The notes beneath the pieces were generated by a model. That model had not been told where the DNA came from. It ran no database searches and saw only the letters and a program-made list of their open reading frames with translations. A DNA stretch of 64,000 bases, taken from contig NC_087472.1 in assembly GCF_036321535.1 (NCBI RefSeq), forward strand, positions 95,606,001 to 95,670,000, written 5' to 3'. The stretch comes from Camelus dromedarius. Its lineage: Eukaryota. This document shows, in pieces, positions 48,306 through 62,750 of this stretch. A program made the translations under genes and the position numbers. The first letter of the stretch is position 1. The number at the start of each line of letters is the position of its first letter.

Positions 48306-50924
48306 AAATGATTCATGTCTCCCCCTGGAACTTCAAAGGGTGGAGCAAAGACAATAAATTAAGAAGCCCACATAAACAAAGTCAAAATTTTCAAATATTT
48401 TATATATAATATATATAATATTTTATATTTTTCAAATAGATGAATTTGATGTTTTCATCCAGAGTTGCCTCTCAATGTGTTCTTTCTCCAAATTATAACA
48501 CCCTGTGACTGGGTAAGTCCCTCAGACTAATAAAGCAAATATCAAAGTGTTCTTATGAATGGTATGGCTCTAAAAGGGTCCTTCTACTGTTTGTTGGAAG
48601 TATATCTTCTCCTCATCTAGATCATAAGTTCCCTAAAGTGACAAGAGACATCTATTATTCTATTTTAATAGTCCCTCACTTAGCATGTTGTCAAATCCCA
48701 CCCAATCAACATTATTGAATACAACCGGCAGGACGCTGAGCACTGGAGATGCTGAAAGGAATGAGAAAACATCAAAATCATCTTAAGGAGTTTAGCAGTA
48801 AGTATAATATTGTCCCTGAGTCACTTAAATATAGCATTGGTAGAAAGCCAAATAAAGTCAACACTAGGAAGGTAAGATCCTCTTATGACATCAAGTGAAA
48901 TATATTCATTTCCAATTCTAGTATTTTAAATCCAAATCTTCTCCTATTTAAACCCCATATAACTTTTTGAATTATTTGGAAACTGTAAGTAAACTTCAAG
49001 GACCATAATTTTTTTGTGTGAATCCAATGTTTTGTCATGTCTTTCATACACTGCTAAATGACAGCATTCCAACTGACCAGATATAAACAAACAAGAAAAA
49101 TGAAAATAACCCAAAAAACGCATTCTTAATTCCTGAGGAGATTTGACAGCTCTAATATGGATGAATTCTATACCACTGGTGTGGAAAGCTTTCACAAACA
49201 AACAATCAAAAGAAAGATGTTTTCTCCTACTTGTTACTTAGCAGTCCAGTCACACCAAGGTTAAAAATATAATTTCCATATTCCTTATCTAAGGGGACTC
49301 AATCAAGCAAGACTCCTTTCAACCCGCATTGGGACAGGAAGGAACAGATGCAAAAACATCTGCCCTGCTTCAAAATGATGAAAACACCACCGTGATATCA
49401 AAGACAGCCCTGGGTCACTCCACAAAAGTCTCCAGTCTCAACATGAAAGTGTTTTATCGACTGTCGTTTGTGGTGAAAATAAAGAATGATACAGACTAAC
49501 GTTTTAATTATCAACCTGAAAACCTAGCTAGTGGTCTTCTCTGTTCCATCTCACAGCATTATCCCTGATATCCCTAATTGACACTTCCTTATGTGCCTTT
49601 TGGGGGACTGAAAAAATGCTTAAATACTTGACATTTTTGGTGCAGCAACAGTGACATCCAGTGGGTAGCAAGATTAACCCCAAAATTCTCTGTAAATCCT
49701 CAGTGAATGAGGATTAGGATATGCAAAAAAACAAAAAAACAAAAACGTTTTTGGCTATTAATCATCATGTAGCATGAGAACTACACATTTTTAACTCTCT
49801 TGGGATAACAGTCAAGTTGGCTGTTATAGTAGTTAACAGAAAAAGCAAAATCACATCCTGTCTAACTGACCAAGACGTTGCTAAAGTCTCTTGCCAAGTC
49901 AATGCCACTCATTGCAACAAAAACAACTATTGGTCAGAAAAGTCCTATTAAATGAATTTTACAAATAACATTCTTTCAACATTTGCTTAGACGCTCAGTA
50001 AGTTATTTAATTTAACCTGGTTTACCACCTGAAATGTTTCCAATTACCAAAAACTTCCTAAAATTCAAGTGAGGAAATATAACTACTAGGTTCTCTTTAT
50101 GTATATTTTATGTTCACCTTCTGTATGTATAGACTTAAAAATATACTTACATAATACACATTTTAAATGTATTATGTAAATTATCTGCCCCTTCTATGGA
50201 GTTAATGGCTAATAGAATTATACAACACAAATACAATGTTCATGGATTTCCAGACTTTATTTCAGTAATTTATTTCTATCACCACTGCCTACTGCTGCCC
50301 TCATTTTAGTGTGAAGTCACTAAGTGTACTTCAATCTAACTTCTGGCAAATGGACACCACAGAAGTCTAACAGCTTTGGGGAAAATAATTACTCCACAGA
50401 TCTGACTCCCTCGGGCTTAGTGGAAAGAAATTAAATTACCTAGATGCTGAAAACCTATCAGAAGAGACATTGGTATTGCTGAAATTCCTCTGAAAGTAGA
50501 ACTAGATTTTCAGATGTTTTGTGGAAGAAAAGAAAGAAACCAGTAAATTTGGTTCATTAGCCCAAATTGGCGCCCTTTGCAAGAAAGAAAGCAGGGCCTC
50601 TGAAACAAAATAAATAGAATACTCAGCAATTCATCTGTATACACCCCAAAAAAAGTGATCCATCAGAAAACAAGATCAGGCTCAAATCAAAATCTATACA
50701 GTTTCAAAAACAGCAGGAAGCCTCGAATTCCTGGGCTCTACTACTAACACAATAGGTTTCATAAGGCACTGGACTAGGACCAGCAAATCTTTTAGATGAA
50801 CTAAATGACGCTGTATGATGTTCGTGCAAAAAAAAAGAAAGAAAGAAAATCAGAATAATCTCAGAATAATGCATGAAAACAAAAATATAAGAGGGTCACT
50901 CCAAAGACATTTAGTCTGCTAAGT

Positions 50925-51247
50925 CCACACTGACCAAGAAGGCAGTCATCAGCTACCTTTGGCTGTTGAGCACATGAAATGTGGTCAGTCCAAATTGAGA
51001 TGTGCTCTAAGTGAAAAATACATATTGGGCTTTGAAGACTTAGTATAAAAAAATAAATAAAAATAATAAACTCCAATAGTTTGTATGTTGATTACATGTT
51101 AAAATGATAACATGTTGGATGCATTTACTAAATAAAATATATTATTCAAATCATTTTACCTGTTCCTTTTTACTTTTTTAAATCTGGCTATTAAAAAGAT
51201 TAAAATTACATATGTAGTTGGCATTATATTTCTATTAGACAGTGCTT
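50925..51247. mobile_element. MER33-like hAT-Charlie element
   Basis: tgagcacatgaaatgtgg..ttgagatgtgct..aaaattacatatgt..cattatatttctattagacagtgct. Confidence 0.85.
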
Positions 51248-51454
51248 CTCTAAGCAAATATGCAAGAATGAACATGTTCACACACACACACACCCAAAAT
51301 CTCCATCACCATTTTAAATACCATCCCATCTGAAGAGATTTATCCATTCTCACCTGTCCCACCCTTCTCTCTTGCCTTTTCAAATTCACATACATGATTT
51401 AAATATATTTTATATAAATGATTATACTTTCTGCTACCATCCGTTGGTCATATA

Positions 51455-51690
51455 GGCACACTATAAGTAGAAAGGCATAATTTAACTAGCAGATTCTGAA
51501 GCCAGATTCAAACCTGAGGTCTGCCCCTTACTAGCTGTATAACTATGGGCTCATTATTCACATGTTTTTGTGTCTCAGTTTCCTTAAATGTAAAATGAGA
51601 ATAACACTAGGATTATTGAAGGGATAAAACAAATTAATATATTAATTCTTCCCTGACAATGCCTAGCAATTAGAAAACATTATCATTAAT
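51455..51690 (+). mobile_element. MIR SINE
   Basis: ccttactagctgt..tctcagtttccttaaatgtaaaatgagaataac. Confidence 0.85.
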
Positions 51691-52219
51691 GACCCAGTTA
51701 ATTTACTCTTTATGACAGACAGCTTAAAAGAGAACAATGAACATCTAATACCTTCAGAGAGCCTTAGGATTTTAAAGAAGCATTAACTATATATGCTTTT
51801 AAAATTCCTTCACTCTTCAAATATGATTCATATAGTAATCTTGCCTGAAGAAATTAGTCACTTACAATATTGACTATTTCTTCATTTTTCCTTTTTAAGA
51901 AAATGACAATATATTCTCTTCAGTTACTCTCTAATTTTTTTTTCTAAGTCCTACTTTCTCTTTCCTTTGGTTAATCTCTTGTAGCTGTGTTTTCCCTCCC
52001 CATTACCCCAGATTCAAAGCTCATTTGGACTCTTCATTCTTCCATTGGGGTTTAGAAAGCAGTTTCTTCCTAGTCTTGCCCTTCCATTCCTAAAAATCCC
52101 TCCTTCCTAATCACATCCACCATTTTTCAGACATGGTCCAAGTCCCATTTTTCCCACAAGGCCTTCTCCATCCATGTTAGCCTCTATTATTCTCCTTCTC
52201 AAACTCTTACACTGTTGCC

Positions 52220-52400
52220 CATTCATTCATTCAACTAGTGTTTATTGTCTGCCTACATCACAGAATCAGGCTCCAGGGATACCAAAGAAAATGAAACACA
52301 CATGTATTCCCATCCTCATAGAAATTACAGTCTGAATGGGAAAATGGACATCAAATAAGTCCTCATAAGACAGATGAGTATCATAAGACATAAGTCAGGG
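52220..52400 (-). mobile_element. L2 3' end
   Basis: cattcattcattcaac..tttattg..catcctcatagaaattacagtct. Confidence 0.7.
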
Positions 52401-52839
52401 GGCTAAGGGACTAATATGAGTAAACACATGCTTTTGTTTGCTTCCCTAGCCAGATGGAAAACCACTTTGTCTTTTACGTCCTTAATAACCCCTCCAGTAC
52501 AGTACTAGGCACAGAGTAGGAGTTTAAATATTGTTTGAACAAAAATAAACAATATTTTTTATAATTTAGACCCCATCCCTTTCTTTCACATTACCTACAA
52601 TTTGACTCCCTAAAGTTCAACTTTTACTCTATATTATTGCATGGTTTAGAGAACAGATCATGCCACTCAAGTAACCTAAGCTACATCCCAGTATCCAAAC
52701 CTACCAACTGTATATTTACATTTGTTAACCAAAGTATTGTGCAAATATAAGATATTGGCATTTTTGGTCCATTCCTGAAACATCCTCAGCTCTTCAGAAC
52801 TCAGCAAATTTTCCCCACAATCCTTTTCCTTATATAACT

Positions 52840-52921
52840 TTTAAAAATTTAACTGTAATTTAATAGCCCAAATATAATCACTGTTGACAATTTCATGTAG
52901 ATCTTTACAGTCTCTTTTCCA

Positions 52922-52977
<56 letters not shown>

Positions 52978-53115
52978 TTTTGCTTTCTAAAACTGGGGTC
53001 ATACAGTACATATATTCGTATAATCTAACTTTCATCTAATACACAAGGAACTTTCTCCCGTATCACCAAAACTTCATCGACACGATGATTTTTAATGGTC
53101 ACATAATATGGATGG
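52840..53115 (-). mobile_element. Old L1 3' fragment
   Basis: aaactggggtcatacagtacatat..tttttaatggtcacataat. Confidence 0.55.
52926..52969. repeat. (AT)n microsatellite, ~22 units
   Basis: Seen directly in the sequence. Confidence 0.97.
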
Positions 53116-53854
53116 AGAGTAACTATTGAGCATTAGTGTCCCTTTCACTCCACACTTTTCTATTTTCCACTGTATTGGGCTCCCCATCAGCTGATTCTTA
53201 AGCTTTAGGACAAAGAGGGAAGTAGGTAAAAATATACAGAGGTTCCACTCTTCCACCTACCCCTCAGTTTAACCCCACAGGTAAACCAGTATTTCTTCCC
53301 TAAAACTTGATTCCCCAGCTTATGGTAAACAGTCTATGCACCACTCTTCATTCATGTTCCTTCCTTATTAAATGAGATACTGGCTATGGAATCACTTCGT
53401 AAAGTACTTAATGACACAGAATTAGCAGCATAAATAATCGATTTTTCTGAGTTACAAAAATAATGGCATGTTTAAAATGTAGTGCTAAAAATAAGAACTG
53501 GTCACAAAGCCAGTGTTTATAATATAATCCTATTTGGGAGAAAATTATCTATTTTACATAGATATGTTGGCAGGCTCTGCCACAAAATTTAACGATGATT
53601 ATTCCTGGGTTTAGAACATGTGGTGATATCTAGTTTCTTTCCTTCCTTTTGTTTTTCTTTTGCCTTGCTTACCTGTAATTCCTCCCAGAGATATGTATTA
53701 TCTGCATAAAGAGAAAGATTATTTTGAAATATTGCCTAAATATGATTTTTGATGCCACTGTTTATTTTTTAACTTTCTATATTATATGTTTTTGTATTTA
53801 TGTGCTTATACTATGACACTTATCAAGAGGGTGGTTATTTTTAACTTCTAATCA

Positions 53855-54315
53855 CTGAATTAGTTTCCTCGGACTGCCTTAAATCACCACAAAACGGGGG
53901 ACTTAAAACAACAGAATTTTATTGTCTCATAGTTCTGGAGGCTAGAAGTCCAACATCAAGGTGTCAGCAATACCACGCTCTCTCGAAGGCTTTAGGGGAC
54001 AGTCTGTCCCATGCCTTTCTCTGCTTCTAGGATCAAAAGCAATCCTTGCCATTACTTGACTTGGAGCTGCATCACTCCCATCTCTGCCTCCCTCTCCATT
54101 GTCACACTGCATTCTTCCTCTGTGCCTTCAGATTGGCTTCTTTAAAGAAACCTGCCACACTGGATTAAGGGCCCACCCTACTCCAATATGGCCTCATCTT
54201 AATTAATTGTATCTGCAACAACCTTATTTCCAAATAAGGTCAGATTTTACGGTATCAGGGATTAGGACTTCAACATCATAGTACTATTACTACTACCAAT
54301 ACTTTAACCCATAAT
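53855..54315 (-). mobile_element. MLT1C-like solo LTR
   Basis: cttaaaacaacagaattttattgtctcatagttctggaggctagaagtcc..ccttatttccaaataaggtca. Confidence 0.88.
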
Positions 54316-55234
54316 ACTAATCAAGGAATTTGGGGTTTAATTTTTATTTCAAAACATCTGCATTTAAATAAATTTTGTCCTTAGTTTTCTATGGCCTGCT
54401 TTCCAAAAGCTGATATAGTAAATCACTTGAATAGGTCTATACTTCTCAGAACACCATTCCAGAAGTATTTCCACAACAGTATAATTCATCATCTCTACAT
54501 AATACATTGGAAAGTTATCATCTACACAGAATGAGTTTGAAAACTAAAAGCCCCATGTCTTTGAACCATTTATCAATTCCCTGCCAGGAACAGATACAGC
54601 TCTTCTGTCACTTGGAAGACTGAACATTTCATAATACAACTCCTTGTGCAATTGAAACAGATTAACAAAACATTTTTTTCTTCTTTTACCAAGACTAAAA
54701 TTTGTTGTTCAAACCGATATGAAAGTATCACAAGAACTAAAATACATTTTTCTTTTATTTTATGCTCTACACAGAAACAGTGGCTTGCAAAGAAAAAGTG
54801 CAGCACCACAACCCTTGAGTAATCAACATGAGCTCTTGAAAAGCAAAAAAGCTACTGAAGTCTAAAAGGCAGGGGATCCACCCACTGTGAACAACTCCTA
54901 AGTATATTTGAGCAATCTTTTGAAAAAGCACCTTTTCATGTACAGCTGATGACAATCCTTCTCTGAAAAAAAAAGAAACCCCTATTAAAGAGATACCATT
55001 TGAAAAAATATTAAAAACCAGAATAAAAAGTGTCATAGTGTTGTTTCCAAAAGTAAGGTTATCATTCTCTTTTCTCAGAAGATGAAGTTTTCTCAAGATG
55101 GCCTTGGTGACCTGTAAGTGATAATGCCAAGTGATTAAGAAGTTCAACCCTAGGGCAGGTCCAACTGGTAAGACTTCAAGTTAGATTATTTCAATGAGAT
55201 ATATAATCACTAAGACAAATATTCTGCAATAATA

Positions 55235-55670
55235 CCATATTAGTTAGCCACTGCCACAGTAATTCTGCACAACAAACATCTACACAAATCTCAATGGCAT
55301 GCAACAATAAGCATTTCTTTCTGGCTCAGGCATCTATGGAATAGTTGGGTTTTACTGATAAAGGCTGGGTTCAGGCTTTGATTCGAAAGTATGAGTTAGG
55401 GCCAGGTCTGCTCAACAAACCCCTCCTCCTCCTTGGACAAGAAGCTAGCCAAAGCATATTCTTCTCGTGGTAAAAGGCAGGAGTTCAAGAGGGGCAAAAT
55501 GAATTACACAAACACATTTCAAATCTTTGTTTGCATCATATTCATTCACCACACAAGTCACATGGAGAAACCCAAAGTCAAGGGCAGGGAAGAAGTCTCT
55601 TGTGTTCCATGAGGCCATGGCAAAGAGAATGAAGAAGAGACCAGTGATCCAATCCACCACAAACAGCATA
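55235..55670 (-). mobile_element. Old MaLR solo LTR (MLT1I/J-like)
   Basis: aaatctcaatggcatgcaacaataagcattt..caagtcacatgg..cccaaagtcaagggcagggaag. Confidence 0.7.
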
Positions 55671-56153
55671 TGAATGTTATAACACTAAATGAGATATATT
55701 CTTTTTGAAATATACAGAGCAAATAAAGACCTATCCTTTGAAAGCATTTTGTCCACCAAGAAGCCACAAGATCAAGATAGCCTATACCATTCTTAAAGAT
55801 TATTTGGTTTAGTGCTATGAGTGTCAGTACACCAAACAATTCAATAAAAATTATCATGATGGTATAATTTAACCTCTATTATCTTGCCTTGTATTTTTAT
55901 TTACATGTTTATAAATTCTGTTGTTCCAAAATGTATTTAATGTTCTCTCTAAAGTTATCTGGCTGGCATACACTTACTATTCATATTATCTATTAATATC
56001 CCTATTTAACTATTAGAAAGTTCTTAATAATTGGTCTGTACAAAAATTAACAGTTTTTACATTCATCAGTAATTACTGTAGCATCTTACTCTTACATACC
56101 CAATACACATTTATATCACAACTGATGATATGGTTTAAATATATCATTTTATC

Positions 56154-56587
56154 TGCTACTGGTTGAATTGTGCCTCCCAAAAGATGTTAAGTTCCTAACC
56201 TCACGACCTGTAAATGTGAGCTTACTTGAAAATAGGGTCTTTGCAGATGATCAAGTTAGATAAGGGCATTAGAGTGGGCCCTAATTCAGTATAACTGGTA
56301 TCCTTCTAAAAAGGGAAAATTTGGACACAGGGACAGTTACTTACCGAGAGAAGACAATGTGAAACACAGGGAAAACACCATCTACAAGTCAAGAACCGCC
56401 TGAGGTTACCAGATGGTAGGGGAGAAGCATGGAACAGACTCTCCCCCACAGCTCTCAAAAGAAACCAACCCTGCAGACACCTTGATTTCTGACTTCTGGT
56501 CTCCAGAACTGTGAGACAATACATTTCTGTTGTTTAAGCCACCCAATGTGGGGTACCTTTTTACAACAGCCCCAAGAAACTAATACA
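56154..56587 (+). mobile_element. MLT1C-like solo LTR
   Basis: ggttgaattgtgcctcccaaaagat..ccagaactgtgagacaatacatttctgttgtttaagccac..aactaataca. Confidence 0.9.
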
Positions 56588-56869
56588 GTCCAATATAAGG
56601 AAAGTCTATATTCTAAATTAAGTAGACATTAGATATTCATAATTAATCCAAATAAGATACCTTTTTATTTTATTTAACAGTAACCTATACCATCACATGA
56701 TCAGTGATCTCGCACAAGTTCAGAATGCCAGAAATGACACTGAACTCAGTATTTGGCTTTTTTGGACTTCAAAAGGTAAATACAAAGCCCTTTTGGGATA
56801 AGCAGTGAAGCAGAAGCTAAAAGCTAGTACATCCCTGTTTATCACCATTTAATACACCATGTATTTTTA

Positions 56870-57035
56870 CTTCTTTATCTTGTGTATGGTCTGCTTCCTG
56901 ACTCCTCCTATTAGAATGGAAGCACCATAAGGGTAGAGATTTTTTTCTGCTTTGCTCACCACTGTAACCCCAGTGCTAGAACTGTGCCTGATATATAACA
57001 AGTATTTAATAATTATTTGTTCAAAAAAAGGAAAT
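56870..57035 (+). mobile_element. L2 3' end
   Basis: tagaatggaagcaccataagggtag..ccccagtgctagaactgtgcctg..aattatttgtt. Confidence 0.8.
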
Positions 57036-57206
57036 GAATCTTCAAGCAAGAGTCTAATAATTAAAATTCCTCTTAATCATACTACAGCTACTTTTTGTCA
57101 TGTCTTCACTTCCTCCCTTGGATGACCAATGATACACACAGGCTTGGCTTGATTTTTGTCCTCCTCAGAGGAAACAGGGAAACCCCCAAACAAGAATACA
57201 TGCTCA

Positions 57207-57400
57207 AAATAGACAAAAAAAAAAAATACAAGGACCTACTGTATAGCACAGAGAACTATATTTAATTTCTTATAATAACATATAATGGAAAGACTCTGAA
57301 AATAAAATATATATGTATAACTGAATCACTTTGCTGTACACCTGAAACTAACACTGTAAATCAACTACACTTCAATAAAAAATAAAGGTTTAAAAAATAT
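57207..57400 (+). mobile_element. L1 3' terminus
   Basis: TSD atacatgctca at 57196-57206 / 57401-57411. Confidence 0.93.
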
Positions 57401-57544
57401 ATACATGCTCATTTGCCAATTCCCTAATCAAAAACTGCAAAAGTAGATCTACCATAAAGAAACCCCCAAGAGAGTCAATTATTTCTATACTGTTCTCAGC
57501 CTGCAATACTCCTTGAAGACAAATCCTTTCAGATGAACAGCAAG

Positions 57545-57760
57545 AACAGCAAATAGCTGAAAAGGCACAGGGCTTGAAGTCAGGCTAAACTTGGTTAGAA
57601 GTTCACTGCTACCATTTAAAAATGTCTGCAATTCACACATCCCTCCCATGAAATAGAAAGAATAATGCCCCCTTCATAGAGTGTTGTACCATTAAACTGG
57701 ATGTATATAAAGCCCCTAGCATTATGCCTGGTAAGCTGAAAGATTCAGGAACAAATCTGA
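57545..57760 (+). mobile_element. MIR SINE
   Basis: Degenerate; gcttgaagtcagg..ataatgcccccttcatagagtgttgt..tataaagcccctagc. Confidence 0.6.
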
Positions 57761-59417
57761 GGAGTGGTAGTATTACAGCCAATTGAAGAGAGGCCAGTTC
57801 TGTCAAGACAAAATATATGCCATCAATGAGTTCCTAAAAGCTTACTGTGTGATTTTTGGCTTTATTTAAAACTGCTATAAGCAAAATCATTGTGAGAGCT
57901 ATTTGCCTCAAAAGTCAAAGGGGAGTTGTTGTTTTTCTCCAGTTTCTAGAGACTGCGTAGAGCTTGCTCTACGCTGAATGGTGGCATTAGCTGAAGCAGC
58001 ATTTAGCAGTTCAACACATGGTTGAGTAAAGCCTAGGGGGAGTTAGATGATAACATTTCAAGGGGAAATTGCCAACAGACAAAAATAGCAAGGAGGCAGG
58101 GCAGCCTAGGGTTTAGCAGTAGAATTTTTAAAGAGGCAAAGCCACACAGTCCTGTTCTCTTCACCAAGTATTCTCCTGAGAGCCAGCTCTTCACCTCCAA
58201 TCAGTGCTATAACAGCTGAAGGCTTTGGCCTTTAAAAGTTACAATTGCTCAGAGACAAGCTCAGCTAAGTGTCATTTAATTCTGCATTTGCCGTTTCCTC
58301 CAACTCAGATTCGATGATGCAAACCCTGTCTGATGCCAGAATCAAGGACTACACAAAGCTACATTTGCCCACATGGTGTTTACAAGAGGTGCCAGGAAGA
58401 AAAAGGTCTGTAGACTACAGCTCCCACTTTTGCCACCTTAGAAATGAATACTATAAACCGACAATAATTGGGAAGGTAATTTTCCAATCAAGGATGAGCC
58501 TAGCCTTCCCATTGCTCACTTTGGGTACTTTAGTAATTTTGCCAAGACTTCACAGAGGTTACGCACTGGCCGCCAAACGTGAAATTCAAATCATACATTC
58601 TGCTATATATTAGCAGTTCCAGAGGTGTCTTTAACAGAGGTCATTCCTTGAGTTCTCTCTTCTTCACTCCACTTAGGAATAGAGACATGACTGTTATCAC
58701 CGAAAATCAGATGTGACAATTTCACATTTGACTTCCCCTTGGCCTTTAGTTGTTGGCAGTGGTTTAGAACCAAGCATTTAAGCAGCTGAGCTATCGCCTA
58801 CAAGACAGAATTATTCAGTGGTTTTAGATCGCTTCAGTATGTGTTCCCTCTGGCACTTCATTAAAAGAAATAGTCTAGATAAAGTCTCTAGCATTGGCAT
58901 GGCACCTCGCAGGTACTAAGGGAATATTAGTTCACATTCACCAGTAACTTGTATCCCTCTCCCCGAATCTGTCATCTAATCTTGTGCCCACATCTACCCC
59001 TTTCAACAAGTGTCCTCATTGCTGGAACACTCAGAAGGGCCTAAAGCCAGGGCCATTACTTTCTCACCTCCAATCCTTCAGAATCTCACCTGGCTCATAT
59101 ACCATCTCTTGAGAATGGGTTCTTTGCTTTCTGAAGTAGCACCAAGTAATAGAATAAGTTAATTTGCATTAAGGTGAAAATAGTAAAATCCTAGAAGCAG
59201 GCGGAGAGGGTGTTAGTACCTCTCAAGGGCAGTTAATATGCCTAGTAGGCAAGAGTTTCTTTGAATATGGAGAAAAGAGAACTGAGATGAACTTAGATTA
59301 ATTAAATACACCAAGGTTTAAAGAATTATGTATAATAATGTCTCAGAAATTAAATATATATTTCTTTAGTAAATTCACCAATATTCTGTACTCAAAGAGA
59401 ATGCAAATACCAAAGTA

Positions 59418-62400
59418 GGGCTTCTTGTTTCCAATGATGGTATGCAAGTTTATTCAGCTAACACCACCTTTTGAAAACAGGATCGGGGGAAGCTGGATAA
59501 AATTATTTTTAATCATCTTAAAAGCACCAAATTGCTTGAAGACTAAATTTTGGATGAAAGACTACCCAGAGAGATAATAGTACAACTGGAGCACCAAAGC
59601 CACTTTTGCCCAGAGGGCATTTCCCTGTATCACACTACACGTGGGGTTTAGAGGGGACAGAAATCAAGGCCCAGGATCATCCAAACATGGGAACTCTTAC
59701 AAGAGAGGCTCCACATACTAAGCTGAGATCACAAAGAACTACATACTCTGATCAACCCCTGGTTCCCAAGACCAGGAGACTAAAGAGCAGTCTGCCCTGG
59801 CAGAGGGAAAAAATACATAGGAAAATAATCCATGAGACATTCTGCTATAGACAAATCCTCAAATGGACTTGCACCTCGGTCAAGAACCTGGTTTGGGTTT
59901 GTCTCTCACTATTAATATGTCTGAGCACCTGGCAGAATCAAACCCAAGGCATCCCTGGATGGAGGGCACATCCATTCTAGGCTTCAAAGAATCTCACAAA
60001 TAATTTTTTGAGGTCAGGGACCCATTAGCAGTCAAAGATAACAAGGAACACAGGAAATAAAACAACATTAACTAAAAAAAACATAAAACATAAAAATAGA
60101 CAGCAGAAACAGATGTGCACAGACTTCTAATGGTGTAACTGTCAGAAATTGATATTAAAATAGCAATGTTTAAAGAAATAAATAAGAAACTTGAAAATAT
60201 CTGCAAGGAACAAGATGTTAAAAAGTTAGAGTAGGTAAAAAAAGAACTTTTAAAAAACAAAAAATATGATTCTGAAATTCAAAACTCAATGGATGTATTT
60301 GGCAGCAGATTAGACAGAAGAAAAAATGTAAACTGAAATATATGTCAAATGAAATCAAAGAGAATGAATCACAGAGAGAAAAGAATGAAAAATATAGAAA
60401 AGAATAATAGGTATGTAATATACAATGATACGGTCTAAAATATATTTGATCCAAGAAAGAGAGGAGAGAGAACAGAGCAGAGGCAATATCTGAAGAAATA
60501 TTGGCTCATAATTTTCCAAAACTGATGACAGAATCTAGTGCCCAGGAAATCTCAAATAGGATAGATAAAAAGAAGTCCACACCTAGATCTATTAGGATGA
60601 AATGGTAGAAAATCAAAGGCAAAGAGAAAAAAATTTAAGCAACCAGAAGAAAGGATGGTGGTATCCCTTAAAGGATAGCAGTTAGATCAAGAGTTATCTT
60701 CAACAGTTAAAGCCAGAACACAGTGGAATGATAGTTTCAAAGTGAAGAAAGAAAATAACTGCCCATCCAGAATTGCATACACTAGGAAGACACCTTCCAA
60801 GAATGAGTGTGGACTAAATACACTTTCAGATGAACAAAAACTGATAAAGTGCATCACTATATACTTTCTCTAGAGGAAACTTGAAAAAAATATTTCAAGC
60901 AAAAATAAAATGATTCCAAAGGGAAGGTATATAATTAAAGAATGAAGATCCAAACAGAGTGGTAAAAAAATTAGGACTAATATAATTGAACACTGATTAT
61001 ATAAAACATTATGAACCAAGTCAAGTGACACTTAGGGGGAAAAAAAATCTACAAGATTTAAATGCTTATATTAGAAATGAGGTAGAATTGAATAATGAAC
61101 TAAGCATTCACATCAAGAAGTTACAAAGAAACAGCAAAATATAACCAAAGAAAGAAGGATGAAGGAAATAATAAAAGAGGAGAAATTAAAGAAACAGAAA
61201 ATAAATATGTACTAGAAAGGAATAGTAAATCCAAAAGTTGATTCTTTTCAAAAGGCTAATAAAATTGATAAACCCTAGGGAGGCTCACCAAGTAAAAAGA
61301 GAGAAGACACACATATTCAAAGTACATATGAAAAAATGACCACAACTACAGATTCTGCAGACACTTAAAAAACGATAATAAAATGGTATTAAAACACTTG
61401 AAATTTAAATAAATAGGTAAATTCCTAGGAAAAAATGTAACATCAAGTTGACTTAATAAAATCTGTAAAGTCCTATAATAATTAAAGAACCTGAGTGTGT
61501 AGTCAAAACCTTCTTACAAAAAAAACTCCAGGCCCAGTTCCCCTCATTGGTGAGTTCTGTAAAATATTCAACAAAGAAATATTCCAATTTCATACAAATT
61601 CTTCCAGAGAAGAGGGAATAAAGGAGCACTACCCCACCTAATTTTATAAGCCTAGGACACCCTGCTAAAAATAATGAGAAAAAAACTCAGGCCAATTTCA
61701 CTTAGGAGCTCACACAAATATCCCAAAGAAAATATATCAAACTGAATCCATCAGTTTGGATTAATACAATACGACTAAATTGAGTCTATTCTGGGAATGC
61801 TGGAAAAGTTTAATATTAGAAAAGCAGCTAATGTAATTTGCTGTATTACAAGATTACATTTTGCTGAGCACCCAAGTTGGCACATTAAGGCAAAAAAAAC
61901 AAAAGGAATAAAGATGAGAGAGGAAAAAACTGTTATTATTTGCAAATGACATGATTATGTCAAAAGCAAATGCAAAATTATTCATACTATTAGGATAATA
62001 AGATAATTTAGCCAACTTGCTAGATATAAAAATTAACATGCCAAAAATACATGATATAGAAATTAAATTGGGTTTCTATATGCTGCAACAAGAATTTCAC
62101 TCAAATTTTGAAATGATACCATTTACAACAACATCAAAAAATATCGAGCACCTTAGAATAAATCTATTTAAAGATGTGTAAGACTGCTATGGGGGAAAAT
62201 ACATACATTATGGAAAGATTTAAAGAACTTTATCAACTGAGAGAGACCACATTTATGGTTTGGAAGATTTACTATTTTCAAATCAATTTACTTGAATTTG
62301 ATCTATATATTCAATACAATCCCAATCAATATCCCAAGATTTTTTGTTGTTGAATTTGACAGGCTTCTAAAATGTCAATGGACATGCTAAGGACAAAGAA

Positions 62401-62750
62401 AGGCCTAGACACACTTGAAGAAGAACAAGGTGGAAGGACCTTACCTACCAGATATCAAAATATATTACAAAGTTATAGTAATCAAGACATAGAGACCAAT
62501 GCAACAGAGTGTAGAAAAATGGACCTACACATGTATGTGCACTTGAGATATGTGGGAAAGCACTGCATAGAGCTGTGGAAAGAGCAGACTTTCAACCTAT
62601 GGTACTGAGGCATGTGAGTATCTATACAGCAAAAAAAAACTGTATTTGGACCTTGAGCTTATATTTGCCAAAAAAATCAATTCCAAGTCAATCAAAAACC
62701 TAAATGTTAAAATCAAAGATTTTAGAAAATAATATAGAAAAATATCTTCA
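59418..62750 (+). mobile_element. Ancient, internally deleted near-full-length L1 (5' region, ORF1 ~60020-60950, ORF2 from ~61000)
   Basis: ORF1 motifs (aattttccaaaactgatg; aagccagaacacagtggaatgat); ORF2 motifs (aataaaattgataaacc; ttatttgcaaatgacatgatt, an FADD-like RT motif). Heavily frameshifted. Confidence 0.85.

Noticed and set aside
49650..50585. CTCF-like motifs (gtgacatccagtgg ~49651; gcgccctttgca ~50570)
   Set aside because: Both mismatch core positions and cannot be supported without PWM scoring or ChIP data.
54767..55147. 126-aa minus-strand ORF with an internal ttacag acceptor
   Set aside because: No matching donor found, no recognisable protein, and a composition typical of AT-rich non-coding DNA.
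58269..58613. 114-aa ORF in unique sequence
   Set aside because: Non-ATG start, no recognisable domain and no convincing splice signals.
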